DNA from: Antedon mediterranea
Lineage: Eukaryota > Animalia > Echinodermata
Assembly (NCBI RefSeq): GCF_964355755.1
Contig: NC_092676.1
Coordinates: 11,075,888 to 11,139,887 of the forward strand
DNA length: 64,000 nucleotides
Direction of reading: 5' to 3'
The translations under genes were made by a program, and so were the position numbers. Each line of letters opens with the position of its first letter. Positions within the stretch are counted from its first letter, which is position 1. Shown here one piece after another: positions 49,652 to 62,808 of this stretch. The notes under the pieces are model-generated. The model searched no databases. It was not told where the DNA came from and worked only from the letters and a program-made list of their open reading frames with translations.

Positions 49652-52600
49652 CTAGTTATGTTTAAAACTATATAGTTCAACAGACTTCTCATTTCCATAA
49701 CTATTTGAAACCAAGGTTTCCGTATCTTTCAAAACGTTTGGAGTGTCTTCATAATCATCTGTATCAGGAGGAGGTTTATAAAGTAGCAACGATGACGTAA
49801 ATGCTGCTAAACTGACTAGTTTAAATGCCAGACCAATAAGTAGCAAGTTGCGACCCATGTCTGTGTTACTGTATAGCCAACAAGACCCCTTGTTACCACA
49901 ATCATACTGCCACATCAGACAACTAGCATCAATAGCAAGACCGAACAGGATTGGGCCAGGAATTGTACCTGTAATACAAACAAATGTATAGAGAATATCA
50001 GATCAGATCAGATCAGATTCGATTTATTAAGTCATTCATACATACATAGTATAATGATAATTGTTTTCTTGGCAGAAAAACACAAGAAAAACAATACATA
50101 CATAATATTTACATTCGTGATCAACTTGGAACTAACAACAACAACAAATACAACAGACCTAATGACCTATCTTTGAAACTCACTGTTGTATAGTCTAATA
50201 GCGCTAGGTAAGAATGAAAATGTATGTCTATTTGTTTTTACTGAAATTGTTGTTAATCTTCCAGATCTGGTAACTGCTAACTTATTATTGAAAATATGAG
50301 ATTCATCAGCTAAAATACTATTTAATTTAGATATCATTCCATCATTACACATTTGTGTGATACCTTTAATTTCGACACCAGTAATTTTGCTTGCATTCCT
50401 AACTATTCTGTTTAACTTACTCAAATTTTTCTTTGTTGGACCATTTACCCAAACAGCTTAAAACATTGAATAACACTTTGATAAAAAAGAAATAAAGGAT
50501 CAATCACGGCCTATACTATATTGTTTCAACTTCCTTAAGGAATACAGTCATTGAACACCTTTAACATACACTTTGCACGTATGTGTATCCCAACTTAGAT
50601 TAGTATCTATCCAAACCCCTAAATATTTATGAGACTCTGGATTTTCAACATAATTTCCGTCAATAACAAGTGGAATGTGATTAACATTTTTTCTGAAGTC
50701 AAATATAAGCTCTTTGATTTTTTTAGAATTAATACACAAATAATTAGTATTACACCAATCTAAAACCCTTGTTACTTCTTATCTATATACAAATTCATCG
50801 TCTCCTGTAATAAGACCAGTCAAACACATGTCATCCGCAAACTTGATAATGTTACATGAATTAACATTACATCTTAAATCACTAACATATATTGAAAATA
50901 AAAGTGGGGATAACACACATCCTTGCGGTGTTCCAGTATTAGAGTCAATATAATTTGTATAAAAATTGTTAACCGTAACTCGTTGACTTCTACCAGTAAT
51001 TGCTTATCCATGAACATAAATAAGGATTTTCATTCATTTTCATCAGCTTCCTCAATAGTACACTTGGCCGAATAGTATTGAAAGCGGAACTGTAGTCAAT
51101 AAACAATGATCTTATCTAAGTGCTCATAGATTGGTTGTAAGAGACACAAAGTAGCATCCTCTACGCTTCTATTTGAACAATAAGCAAATTGGTATACTTA
51201 AAAACAATAGATTGGTTTAGCCCTATACTAAATTAAATTAAGTTAAAACCAGGAAAACGGTCCGCATATCGTCTATAAGGAAGTTCACGTACCAAATATC
51301 CGAGCAAATATCCATTGAACTCCCATACCAAAAGAACGCTGGTTTTCAGGTATACATCTGGAAGTAAACAGATGTATGTAACAAATTATCAATAATCATA
51401 ACTTAATTTTATTGCGGTATAAACTGAATTGCAAAAAAAAAGTTTACAAAAGACAATGACATTAAATCTCATTTAAATCGTATAATTTTGTTTAAAGAAA
51501 TCTATTAGCACCATATTGATTTGTGTGTGTATTATTCCACATTCATTACGACTAGGTAAAAATAACAAGTTATAAAAAGTGGTTATTGGAGTGCTGGGAA
51601 ATTTGCTAACCTTAGTCCGTGTGTGTGTGTGGGGGGGGGGGGTGTAGATCACCAGCTGGTAAGGTCGGTCACAAAATTCACATATCACCCTGGGACCCCC
51701 AATTTCAAGAACGTCCTACCGACAGGTTGATACTAAGTTTGAAACTAGGTTAGGACGTCGGGATTAAAAGAACCACTGACAATACATTTTGCAAATAAAA
51801 TGCATTTCAGACTTAACGTTAGTTTTAATAATATAATTAAGCAAAAGTGGTTTATTTAGTAACTAATTCTTATTTCACATCGTCCAATTCTTTATATGAT
51901 TGTCTATTATTTGACAATAATGAATTAATTTGATTGATAAGAATCAAGTATTAAATATTAAAGTTACGAACCTTAACGTCGTTGATGTTGCTGGAATACT
52001 TGAAAAAAAGTTAAATACCATAATAACAAAAAAACCTAGCATGAACCATGGCAATGCATTGCAATCTGATGCACACTTTCCTACATTCACTTCAAGATCG
52101 ATAGAACCTGTTGTCAAAGCAACACACGAACATTCGCCAAATGTCTACAGGTTGTAAAATAGCACACAATGCATACACTGACAATTCAGTTATCTTATTT
52201 AATGGCATTATATTAGTACAGTTAGTTGTATAGTTTAAAGACGGTTTACCGGTTATTGCTGCCTAATAGATAGATAGTCTCGTAGGCCTATAGTTGAAAA
52301 AAGAGCAGCAGTGACTATTTGTGTTATGCTTTACGCTTTACATCTAATTTTAGATGCACGTATTGACCATTTAGTACAAATTTGATAGTATTATATATAT
52401 TTATTTATTTTAAAAAAGTTATATACAGTATACCGTAAAATCATGCATATTAAGCCCGAGAAAATTGTTTTGATTCATTTGTATATATTATATAAACGTA
52501 CCTTTTCATCAATCGACGTTTTACATCCAGCATGGCAAGGATCGAAATATTCAATACCATTGCTTCCACAAACTGGGGAGAAGCTATCTACAATACACCC

Positions 52601-55600
52601 GCAGTTAACGTTGCAAGATGCAGTTAGATTAGATTGGTCTTTCATGAGCGTTCTGTAGAAAAAGTTCATTAATAACTATTGAAATCCATTAAATACTTAT
52701 GGACAGTTTTATTTTTGTAGGAAAGATCTAAAATACCGATAAATAAGTTATATTTTAGTACGCATTATATTAAAAATACTATTGGAAACATATAACTTCA
52801 GATCCGGAAAAGATGTCCTATTATGGGAAATTTGTTCCAGTAATTTACCATTCATGTTAATGTTAGAAACTTGTCTTTTAAAATCTGAATTAGATATTGT
52901 ATTTACATATAGTTATTGTAAGGCATTTGGCGCTAAAAATATGGTGGTTCAGAAATACGAATCTCAGTGTTTTTTTCTAGAAATTGTATTCGTTGTCAAT
53001 TAACCGTTCCGGAAAACGATAACAAACTTATTCACTTATTAAATAACACACAGGTAGTATGGGAGGTGTTCGCTTACAAGCGATTCCACAAATAAACATC
53101 AGATGGAGCAGTATAACCCAGTTTTGGCTACTGATGGATACTGATGTCCCGTTATGTGTGGAGGGTTGAACATGTTTGTCGTAGATACCCATAATAATTA
53201 ATGTTTTAAGAAACATACTTTAAGTACATCATTATTCAAATAATATGTTTTCTATGATTTACATAAGGACTTGTCTTGCTGACATTAGGCTGTTAATATT
53301 ACAAACTGTGTATTTTACCCATTGCCATAATATGATTGATTGATTCCAGCTACAAGTTCTTGGGGACAAGAAATAAGTAACATAAATGCAATTAAGATAG
53401 TTGCCGTTGTATTGAGCATGCAGAATTTAAGTTTTCCAGGGACTTTTAGGTTCAATCTCTTGACTAAATATCCACCAAACACGGTACCACCTCCTGCAGC
53501 TGGAACGGCAGCTATACCTGGAAGAAAATGTTCAAAAATATGTATGTATTTAAATCGTATATTAGGTGAACTTGTTTATACCTCTTTTTCCGGTGGTGTT
53601 AGTGGTAGGTACCTACCTACAAGTGCTGCTGCTCTACCGGCTGTCTGAACAAATTGGTTTTCGACAAACTTTGGCATGAATGTTGCAAAGCCACTAAGAA
53701 CCAGACCTTCAGAGCAAGCTGCTATGGTATTAAACATGAAAGTAGGATTGGTAACAAGATACTTGATTGCTTTTGGAAAATCTTTTGCAGATGAACCAAA
53801 TCCTTCACGGGTAGTTTCTTCTTCCTTACTATCTGCATGTGCTTCAGATACCTTTTCAGCCCGGATTTTTTCAGTTGCTTCAGAAGAGAGAATATATTAT
53901 ACTGTCATTAAAATTACCAAATTAATAATTAATTCCATTGCAACAATGGTTTGACATTATTCATAAATATGTGTTACTGCTATAAGTGTAACACTAAGAA
54001 CTAAACTTACTCGGCAACTCTCTAGGAAAACCACTTAATGGTAAGGCCGCAAGGAAAGCCAACACACCTCCAAGTAGGAAACCAATCCACCAGGCACCAA
54101 CCCAAGCCGGGTCTCCAGGTTCAATTTCAAGACTGCAACAATATGTTTACAAATTTATTAGACAAATTTCATTATAGTACATTTTCTCATTTAGTAACAA
54201 AACCATGAGAATCGATCATTTGAACAAATGCAATGATTTACCCCAACGATTGTACTGTTTTCTGAGGGTCTAGTTATCAGCTTTGGGTGAATGGACGACC
54301 CTCATATTGTTGAAATAAATAAATATTACTGTTATGATTATTATATCGTTAATATACAAAAAACAATAACAAGGAACGTAACGTAAACAGAGAATTCCCG
54401 TTGTATTCAATGTGGTGCCGGCCTATTTATTTTTGTTTTGCAAAATCATATTTATATAAGATGCGCTACGTTCTTTGTATTATACAGTTATTTAATTTAT
54501 TTATGATGTCTACGATTAGTTATGATGATATTCAATATTAAATAATACGAATATGATAATTAGATGATTTTATTGTTGATGATTTTTGGTTGATGGCGAT
54601 AGCGATGATCATGTTGTGGATAAATGTATTATCTTGACATTGTGCAAACTAACTCTTCATCACTATTTCGGTTGAAGTCTGTATAAAATCCGAGTGTGTA
54701 CCCTCCGATAAGGTATCCAATGGATGGTCCTATGATACTAGAACCATAAAATATTCCTGTAAACCAATAGAAATAATAATTGATGATTAGTACCACCGGT
54801 AAATCTGCTGTTTGTAATAATCGTTGGTTATATGTATTCCCATGTCATATTTGTAATAATTGTAGTATTTTTTTTTATGTCTGTCGCATTTGTAACAAAC
54901 TTATCGTATGACACATTAAATAAATAAAAAGTTATTACAAAAGTGAGATATGCATTACAAAGTGAGACAGACCGACGATGATCAATCATTGATTTTGATG
55001 ACCGGTAGATACCTTAAGAATAGTTTTCATTACTATTTTTAACGAATAGGCCTAGTGGTTGATATAATGTTTTGCGACGACCATTGTTAGCGAAATTAAC
55101 CATTTGTTATGATTACCTGGGCGTACCCAAACTAAATATAATAACACATTTGTTTGTCAAGATGTTTATTTTGAATTACCAATTCATTTCATAATCTCAC
55201 CTAAATAAAGACCTGATTGTCTTGCTGTTACGCTCTCATCCATCAATGCTGTTCCTAGAGTATATAAGGGCACAGCTCCAGTACCATGCAAAAGCTGCGC
55301 AAAAATAAACACGTAGATATAGTTTGAAAGCTTTGAGTCTGTGTTCTGATCACAATCTTGTTCGTACGGATCTCCACATAGAACCGATTCCGTTCCAACC
55401 ACTGGCTCATACTTGCCTGTAGTAAAGTGAGGTAGTGCAAAAATAAACGATCCTGTACCCATTATCAATAATCCTATTGCAAGCCATTGCGGTTTGTGAC
55501 CCCTTCCTCCAACATAAGTTACAAACAGTACAAGAACTGCGCATGCAAGGTCATATGAACTCGCAATGAATCCTGCATTTCTACTTGGCATCTCAAAACG

Positions 55601-55924
55601 TCTCTCAATCGTTGTATAACTAACGTTTGTAAAACCATTGATCACCATTCCCTGAACGGCAGTAAACAAACATAATGAAAAAAGCAACCACTTTGCGTTA
55701 TTAAATCCTTGAAGCCAAGGTGGACGACACCTGAACCATCCCCAGCTCAATTCTTCATTCTCAGAGGTATGCTCACATTCCTTCTCTGGGCTTTTGTCCT
55801 TTCCTGTAGACGTTGACGGCTCCTCCTCATCATTCATTGGTGGTTTTGCAAAATCCGTTGATCCATGAGCATTTACTGAGATATCTTCAATATCCGTGTC
55901 TTGCGTATCGTATGGTGCGGTCAT
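49652..55924 (-). CDS. SLCO4: Organic anion transporting polypeptide (OATP/SLCO, SLCO4-like), 9 coding exons: 55201-55924, 54654-54756, 54011-54132, 53617-53877, 53319-53517, 52502-52652, 51972-52144, 51293-51357, 49652-49968 (2115 nt, 704 aa)
   Basis: All introns are GT-AG with compatible phases, and the exon sum is divisible by 3. Motifs: 'TTIERRF', OATP signature 'DPAWVGAWWIGF', Kazal-like 'CNVNCGC...FSPVCGSNGIEYFDPCHAGC', 'GTIPGPILFG..ID.SCLMW...CG.KGSCWLY'. Subfamily assigned by recognition only. Confidence 0.93.
49996..51200 (-). pseudogene. Degenerate LINE (Rex1/Babar-like RT) in the last SLCO intron
   Basis: 'DYSSAFNTI' (~51075-51100), 'TGTPQGCVLSPLLFSIY', 'KFADD', 'HKYLGVWID', 'RHTFSFLPSAIRLYN', with a (TCTGA)n tail at ~49996-50017. 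Confidence 0.85.
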
Positions 55925-56203
55925 ATCTATAATTTCAATTAATTAATTATTTGGTCATTTTATAAAATAGAACACACCATACGAAACAATTAGTTGACGA
56001 CCCAATGTGTGCAATTAACCTCCGGTGTTTTGATGGACGAACTGTATTGATGTATTTATGCCTTCTACAGTTGAACTAAATTGGAATGTTTCCAATAATT
56101 ATTTAGTTTAGTAGCATATCGTATTATACTAGTTAGAGGAGTTTAAGAGTGTACATGTTAACATTCATTACGTATGGTGATATTCTTGGGTTCTATTAGT
56201 TAA

Positions 56204-56759
56204 AGACCCCTTCCCTACGTTTTTTAGATCTAATTTAAGATCACAAACTACATTTAATGTAAAAATAATACTATATGGTCCAATTGCGATAACCTTTTTT
56301 CGCCTTTAAACGGTTAAAAATATGAAAAAATAAGTCGATTCTAATAATTATAGCGGCCCGCTATAAATTCCAAAATGCATTGCGCGCGGATTGATATTTA
56401 GTTTTTCTTCTGTAATTCACCCACTTTTCGATCGATCGTGAGGCCAAAACAAAAGCGAAAATACCGATTTTCCCCAATTTGTATCAACGGAGTCTGGCAA
56501 AAATAGAAAGACAATTAATGCAGCAACTATACAACATCAGGCTAGGTATATAGCTAGCATACGATGTTCGTACATTACCGATGTCTACCAGCTAGGCCTA
56601 CAAAACTAAGCCTAGCTAGGCTATGCCTAAAGACCGTCCACGAGGTCATTCGTCGCGAGATACTTAGGTAGTGCATTGTTTCTCAAGGAAAGTAATAATA
56701 ATAAAGTAATATATATGTATTATTTTCACAAAACGTCACAAATTGTAGGGAAGGGGTCT
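56204..56759. mobile_element. MITE with TTAA TSD (Kolobok-like) upstream of the first SLCO coding exon
   Basis: TTAA|AGACCCCTTCCCTAC ... GTAGGGAAGGGGTCT|TTAA, a perfect 15-bp TIR. Confidence 0.88.
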
Positions 56760-57353
56760 TTAAGAAATATAGTCACCCTAAACAAAAGATTATAACCTAC
56801 AGTTTGCTTTTCATGGCATGATGTTTATGTTAACATTTAATATTATTATATATATTTTATTATTATTTATATTATTATTGGCGGTCATCTTGGATTTTAC
56901 CTCCTTACATTTTTTTTAGAATATTAACTTCTTTATTTGGATTGACGCTTTTACAAACGTACAATAATACAAATACATAAAACAATACAATCAAAATAAA
57001 CAAGAAATATATTAAAAGTTTATCGTATTTTTGATCTAATAGTGGAGCGTAAAACCATGCCTTTTATATAACTTTTACAAAAAAAAAACACGTTTTCACA
57101 CCAAAGACAAAATTGGCAACAACAAAAACAAAATTAAATTTCATTACATTAGTCGGCCTCTCAAATAAAGTGTACACTTACTTTTTATTCTCTTAACTCA
57201 AACAACACCAATACAAATTCTTTTCCTTTTTGCATGTGAATGTCTCGCTCCTGGAATATGATTAGGATTAAGAAGTATGCATGTCATCGGGTGTTTACTG
57301 GGCGTTAGTTACCCCAATTGTTATCGGTAACCTTTGGTAAAGCATATACATTA

Positions 57354-57666
57354 TGCTATCTCCGATTTTTGAGGTCGTTATAATAGCCAATTAAGTATTT
57401 ATTTAGTTAAATGTTTATTTAAAGCAAAACGTGATTGATTGTATGAGTGACCTTAGTATCATATTATAATAATCTATATATATATTTACGTAAGGGCTGT
57501 AAAGTCTGGTGTTAAACGAAAGAAATGAGACAGAGAGACAACCATGTAAGTTACGATAAGTACAAGTGTTTAATGGCAAAACAACACGTCCTTTATATAC
57601 AGTAATATCTAGCACGCCACCACTCAGGTGTGTATGCAAATTGGGGTCTAGCGCCACCATATTACA
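57354..57666 (-). repeat. Probable 3' LTR of the Gypsy element
   Basis: Polypurine tract AAGGGGGA (57667-57674, minus strand) immediately before TGTAATATGG. AATAAA at ~57414-57419. The left end is uncertain because the 5' LTR is outside the window. Confidence 0.65.
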
Positions 57667-58108
57667 TCCCCCTTATCGACAAAAATAGAAAGTTTTTTTT
57701 TAGATTTTTAGAATATAAACATTTAGAATATATAACAACATCCCCTTCACAGCAAACTTGAAACAACATACTAGCAAAATATCATACAGTAAAAAAAAAA
57801 AAATTAAGTTATAAATGTTCGCAATATCGTTACAATTTTGAGGTAGTCGTAGTTCGTATCATGGTTTATATCGATCAGGGATTTTCACTTCCCGTCCGGA
57901 CCTTGTACGAATTATAGGTTGTTCTGGTTCGATCTCAGTTCTGTTCACATCTGGTTTATCCTGTGGGTCTGGGTTGAGAGGTTTGTTAGGTACGGTTGCT
58001 TCTTGTAGTACAGGCGTACTGACTGGTATTTCTCGGATGTGTTGTCAGAGTCATTGGTGTTGGTTAGGCTTATCTTTGTTGGTAGACTGCATTTCAATTT
58101 TCTTCCCA

Positions 58109-60658
58109 TTAATAATTGAGCTGGACTGGGAAGAGATTGACTAACTGGTGAAGAAGTGCAAGTTCATAATCGGTTGACGATTGTTTAGCTTTCTTTAATA
58201 TTGATTTTACCGTCCGTATTTGACGTTCGATGTACCCATTACCTTGGGGTCGTCTGGGTGAAGAAGTTGTATGATCGAAACTCCAGGCTTTAGCAAATTC
58301 TTTGAACACGAAACTGGAAAAATGCGGGCCATTATCGCTTACAACTTTAGATGGAACGCCATGTTTGCCAAATACTTGCTTGAAAACATCGATGACGACT
58401 CTGCTTGGACTAGATTCAGGTAGTTTGCGAATGATCGGATACTTCGAGTAATAGTCAGATATAATTAGCCATTGATGATCGTCGAACGTAAACAAATCAG
58501 CTCCAAGTACGCTCCATGGTTTAGTTGGTATGTCATGTTGCAGGAGAGGCTCGGACATTTGTGATGGTTGGTGCTGTTGACATATAGAGCATGATTGAAC
58601 TAATTGGTCAATGTTTTTATTGATGTTCGGCCAAAATACAGTGTCCTTAGCAAGTAGTTTTGTTTTTTCTTGACCAAGGTGGGCGGTATGTAATTGTAGC
58701 AGTATATCACGTTGCATAGTTGAGGGTATTACGATGCGTTGAGCTTTAAGCACAAGGCCGTTGTCGGTTGACATCTCGTCTCTGTAACTCCAATATGGTC
58801 GCATATCTGTTGGTAACTGTTTGATGTTTTCCGGCCAACCATTGGTGATGATGCCTTTAAGTTGGTTTAGGATTGGGTTTTCGGTGGTTTGTTGTTGAAG
58901 TTGAGTTACTTTTTTTGTGGAGAAACGAACAAGATCAACACGTACATCCAAATCAATGATTTGATTATTATTCATATTAGGCAAACGTGATAAGCCATCG
59001 GCAAGTTGATTTTTGACTCCTGGTAAATGTTCAATAGTAAAATTATATCCTTGTAATCTGATCAGCATCCGTTGTAATCTAGGAGGTGCAGATGTTAGTG
59101 TTTATTTGTTATCATTATCAATGGCTTATGATCCGTAATAACGTGGAAACTTCGTCCAAATAAAAAGGTGTGAAATCGTTGTACTCCAAATACAATGGAT
59201 AATAGTTCTCGCTCGATACATGCATAACGTTGTTCAGTGTCTGTAAGGCTTTTACTTGCATAAGTAATTGGTTTGAGTTGATCGTTACAATCATATTGTA
59301 ACAGTGTTGCCCCTAATCCACGTATGCTTGCGTCGCATTGAAGGATGACAGGTTTGTTTACATCATAATATTGTAGTAACGTTGTTTCGGAAACTTCGCG
59401 TTTTAAAGCTTCAAATGCTTTTGCATGATGTGTTTCCCAAAGGAACTCAACGTCCTTCTTAAGTAGATCTCTCAACACTGTTGTTTTCGTGCTGAAGTCT
59501 TTAATGAAACACGAGAGGTAAGTCATAGTTCCAAGAAATTGTTGAAGTTCTGTTTTTTTTTGTAGGCTCAGGCATAGCTCTTAAGTCTTGAACTTTCTTG
59601 GGGTCTGGTTTAATTCCCTTATTGGTATAAACGTTACCAAAGAATGTTATATTATCTTGTTTGATGTGACATTTGGTCGAGTTTAAAACGAGGCCGGTTT
59701 GTTCTGCAACTTTCATGAAGTTAATCAGGTTAGCATCATGTTCTTGTTCAGTGGAACCAAATACTGCTATGTCGTCTGCAATTCCACAAACACCTTTGCA
59801 TTTTCCCAATGATTCGATCCATCTCAAGCTGAAATATATCCTGGCTCACAGACAATCCGAAAGGCAAACGCTGGAAGCAATAGCGTCCAAAGGGTGTTTG
59901 GAAAGTGGTAAGTTTCTGGCTGTCGTGATCTAACTTTACTGACCAATAACCAGCTTTGGCATCGAGTTTGGAAAAAAACTTTGCGTTGGCGAATCTATGA
60001 TTTATTTCTTCAAGTGTCGGAATTCTGTGTTGCGGACGGACAAGTGCCATGTTTAAATATTTAGGGTCCAAACAAACACGAATGCTACCATCTGTTTTTG
60101 TCACATACGTTAGTGAACTTACCCACTCTGTTGGCTCTTCAATTGGCTTTATGATATTTAACTGCTCCATCTTTGAAAGTTCAGCCTTTATCATTTCCTT
60201 TAAAGCAATAGGTGTACGTCTCGGTGCATGCATTCGATTGGGAACGTTAGGATCAACAACAAGCTTGTGTATCGTTTTGAATTCACCAATACGATCAAAC
60301 TGGTCAGGGTAAAGTTTAATAAGTTCTTCGATGTTATTAACTACGGGATTGTATTTGGTTGGTATGTTGTTGATATTACAGTGCAGTGTTACAATGCGGA
60401 GTTGTTCGCATGTTGGAAGACCGATTACAGCTGGGCCTGGAACATCAACAACAAAAAATGTGGTATTCAACCATGTAGAGTTCTCGTAACAGCAATGTAT
60501 TCTTGTTGTACCAAAACATTTTATTTTTGTATCGTTGTAAGCCGTCAAAACGTTCTGCGTGGCTTCCAATGCATTTGGTTGTGGGTAGCCTTTTGTATTC
60601 AAATTGTACGGGAACATGTGACGGTATGTTCTAAGTGGGAGCGTGTTTGCTTGTGCGC
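58109..60658 (-). pseudogene. Gypsy pol (protease C-terminal part, RT, RNase H, integrase) in four frameshifted pieces
   Basis: 'KLDAKAGYW', 'RLPFGL', 'IADD', 'CDAS..GLGA', 'TDHKPL', 'H..HLG..C..C', 'SDNGP', 'QGNGYIER'. Confidence 0.92.
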
Positions 60659-62808
60659 CACATTCATTTAGACTAGACAAAAAGTAGTGAGCCCTCTAGC
60701 GGTCATTTGTGATTTCTGAGATTCATCGAAGCGCGACAACATCACCCGGAAATGATGTGAATTTAAAATTTTAATAGGGTTAAACTCTTTTAACCAATTG
60801 AAAGCCTTAAATTATAGTTCCTTATGAATAATTCATGACAATAATTAAAGCAAGGGTTGAAGAAGCATGTGACTTGGTTTTTGGAACAGGATAGCAGTTA
60901 TGATCGTGTCAGGTAATCATTGAATTTGCTCTTCTTTTTGTTAGATTTTATACGGTTTTTATCAATAATAATATTGTACATTTTTACGAGACCATAAAAA
61001 AATTCCTCAATTTTTGAGTAAACGAGTGACTAAATAAAAAGTTACTATGTAATGTAAATATTCGTTTGACAAAAAATGGGCATGTTGATATTTTCAGGTA
61101 TTTTTTAAATGGCGATTTAAATAGGTAAACAAATCACATGTATAACGGTGGTTTGTGCGAAGCTGGGCCTAGCCTTGATGGTCCAACGCGTACTGTGTGT
61201 TAATCAATGCGTATAGATACACACGTAGTCGTTTAGGCCAATTTTTTACATGTTTATTTATTAATATTAGGCCCCATTCTCATTTATTTTAATTAATGTA
61301 CTGAATGTACCACACTTTACAACTCTATATAAATTAGATTTTGTACTTGTATTAAATTCAAACGTTTTATGGGATTTAAAACATTAAGCTAGGCCTCGTA
61401 GTAGGCCTAGGACCACATGTTAGGTTTTTCAGCCTAATTTATCATGCAGTATACCTCTAGCCCATCTTTCAAATACATATTTAAATTAAGATACTTTTTA
61501 TATTTCTATATTTTTTATAGGATCTGACTCCAGAAAACATGTGCATCACTTGAAAGCGGCTATTTATGGACAGCATGTTGACATTCAAAAAAATTTGACC
61601 AGCTCTTATTAATTAAATGTCTTTTAAATTAAAGGTTTTCATTATAATGAAATGTACGGTGACAGAAATTTAAATGATTCTCATAATTGAGGTTTCTCAT
61701 AGATTTAATATTGAAGGTAAATAAATAAAGCTGTTTGTTATTCTTGCCTTTAGAAATAAACATGTTGTTAGTACTATATTATTAGGCCTAGGCCATTATA
61801 CAAATTAAAACTAAAAAATACAATAATCATATTTAAGGCCTACACAGCAGTACCTTACTTGATTTGATTTTTTTCAAATATTTAATTGATGAAATAAATG
61901 AGTTTGACTTTTCAATTAGTTGCCATTTTATTAGTTTCTGTGTGTTTTTATTTATATTCTTAAAATAATTGTATACAACAACTTTAAAGTATTGCGAAGA
62001 AGTGATCAAATTATAGTAGGCCTATTTGTATGTTATTGTCGCTTAAAATTATGCAGTTAAAGTATTTGATTTTAGGGTGACAGAAACGGTTAGGCAAGAA
62101 AAGAAATAAATTTGGGAATTTTGTTATGCGGTAAAAACAATTAAACATAATTTACCCCTAATGCATGTAAATGTAGAAAACATTGCTTATGTTAGCGCGA
62201 CCGAAACTCGCTACTGGGAATAGAGCCTGCAAAAGCGACGCGTACACACCTACTCGGGCACCGGCGGAGCGCGATCGAAAGTAAATATACCCGATTTCAA
62301 ATGATCATAAAATTCTTTTAAAAAATATCAACATTTTGATTTTTTGAGGATTAAAAGTAAAGATATTGAAATTTAACATGCTATTTACAAATATGTATTT
62401 AAAAATTCGGAAACAATTTTAGCGTGATATTAAAACAAACTTTTTAGAGTTCCGCGATTTCCTACGCAGGATTTGTTTGTTTTCATTGTTAATGGGCGAA
62501 TGTTACCTAAACTAGAATCGTTATAAATCTTTTAAATTTGTATTATAAGTAATTTCTTTAGTATTCTTAGTAACATCGAATGTCTCTAATTAACTAGCAG
62601 TTATTTATACTAACTATTGTTCAATAATAAGCGTGTATGAAGTGAAAATCTATAGTAATAATGTTCTTAGTCAGTTCGTCTCGCTCGCGTGAAGTCTTCG
62701 GGTTTCTCAATACAATTCTCAGCGGTAAGATAGGCTCGCGCTAATGTTTAAATCAAAAGCGCTCTCAAAACACTTTTTGTCCAAAATTCGCAATATGACG
62801 TGAGTGTG
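60659..62808. mobile_element. 2150-bp non-coding DNA element with asymmetric RSS-like termini (RAG-like/Transib or Chapaev type)
   Basis: Left end CACATTC-11 bp-ACAAAAAGT; right end (reverse complement) CACACTC-21 bp-ACAAAAAGT. TSD GCGC at 60655-60658 and 62809-62812. Removal restores the Gypsy protease 'KVDTGA|QANTL'. Confidence 0.85.
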
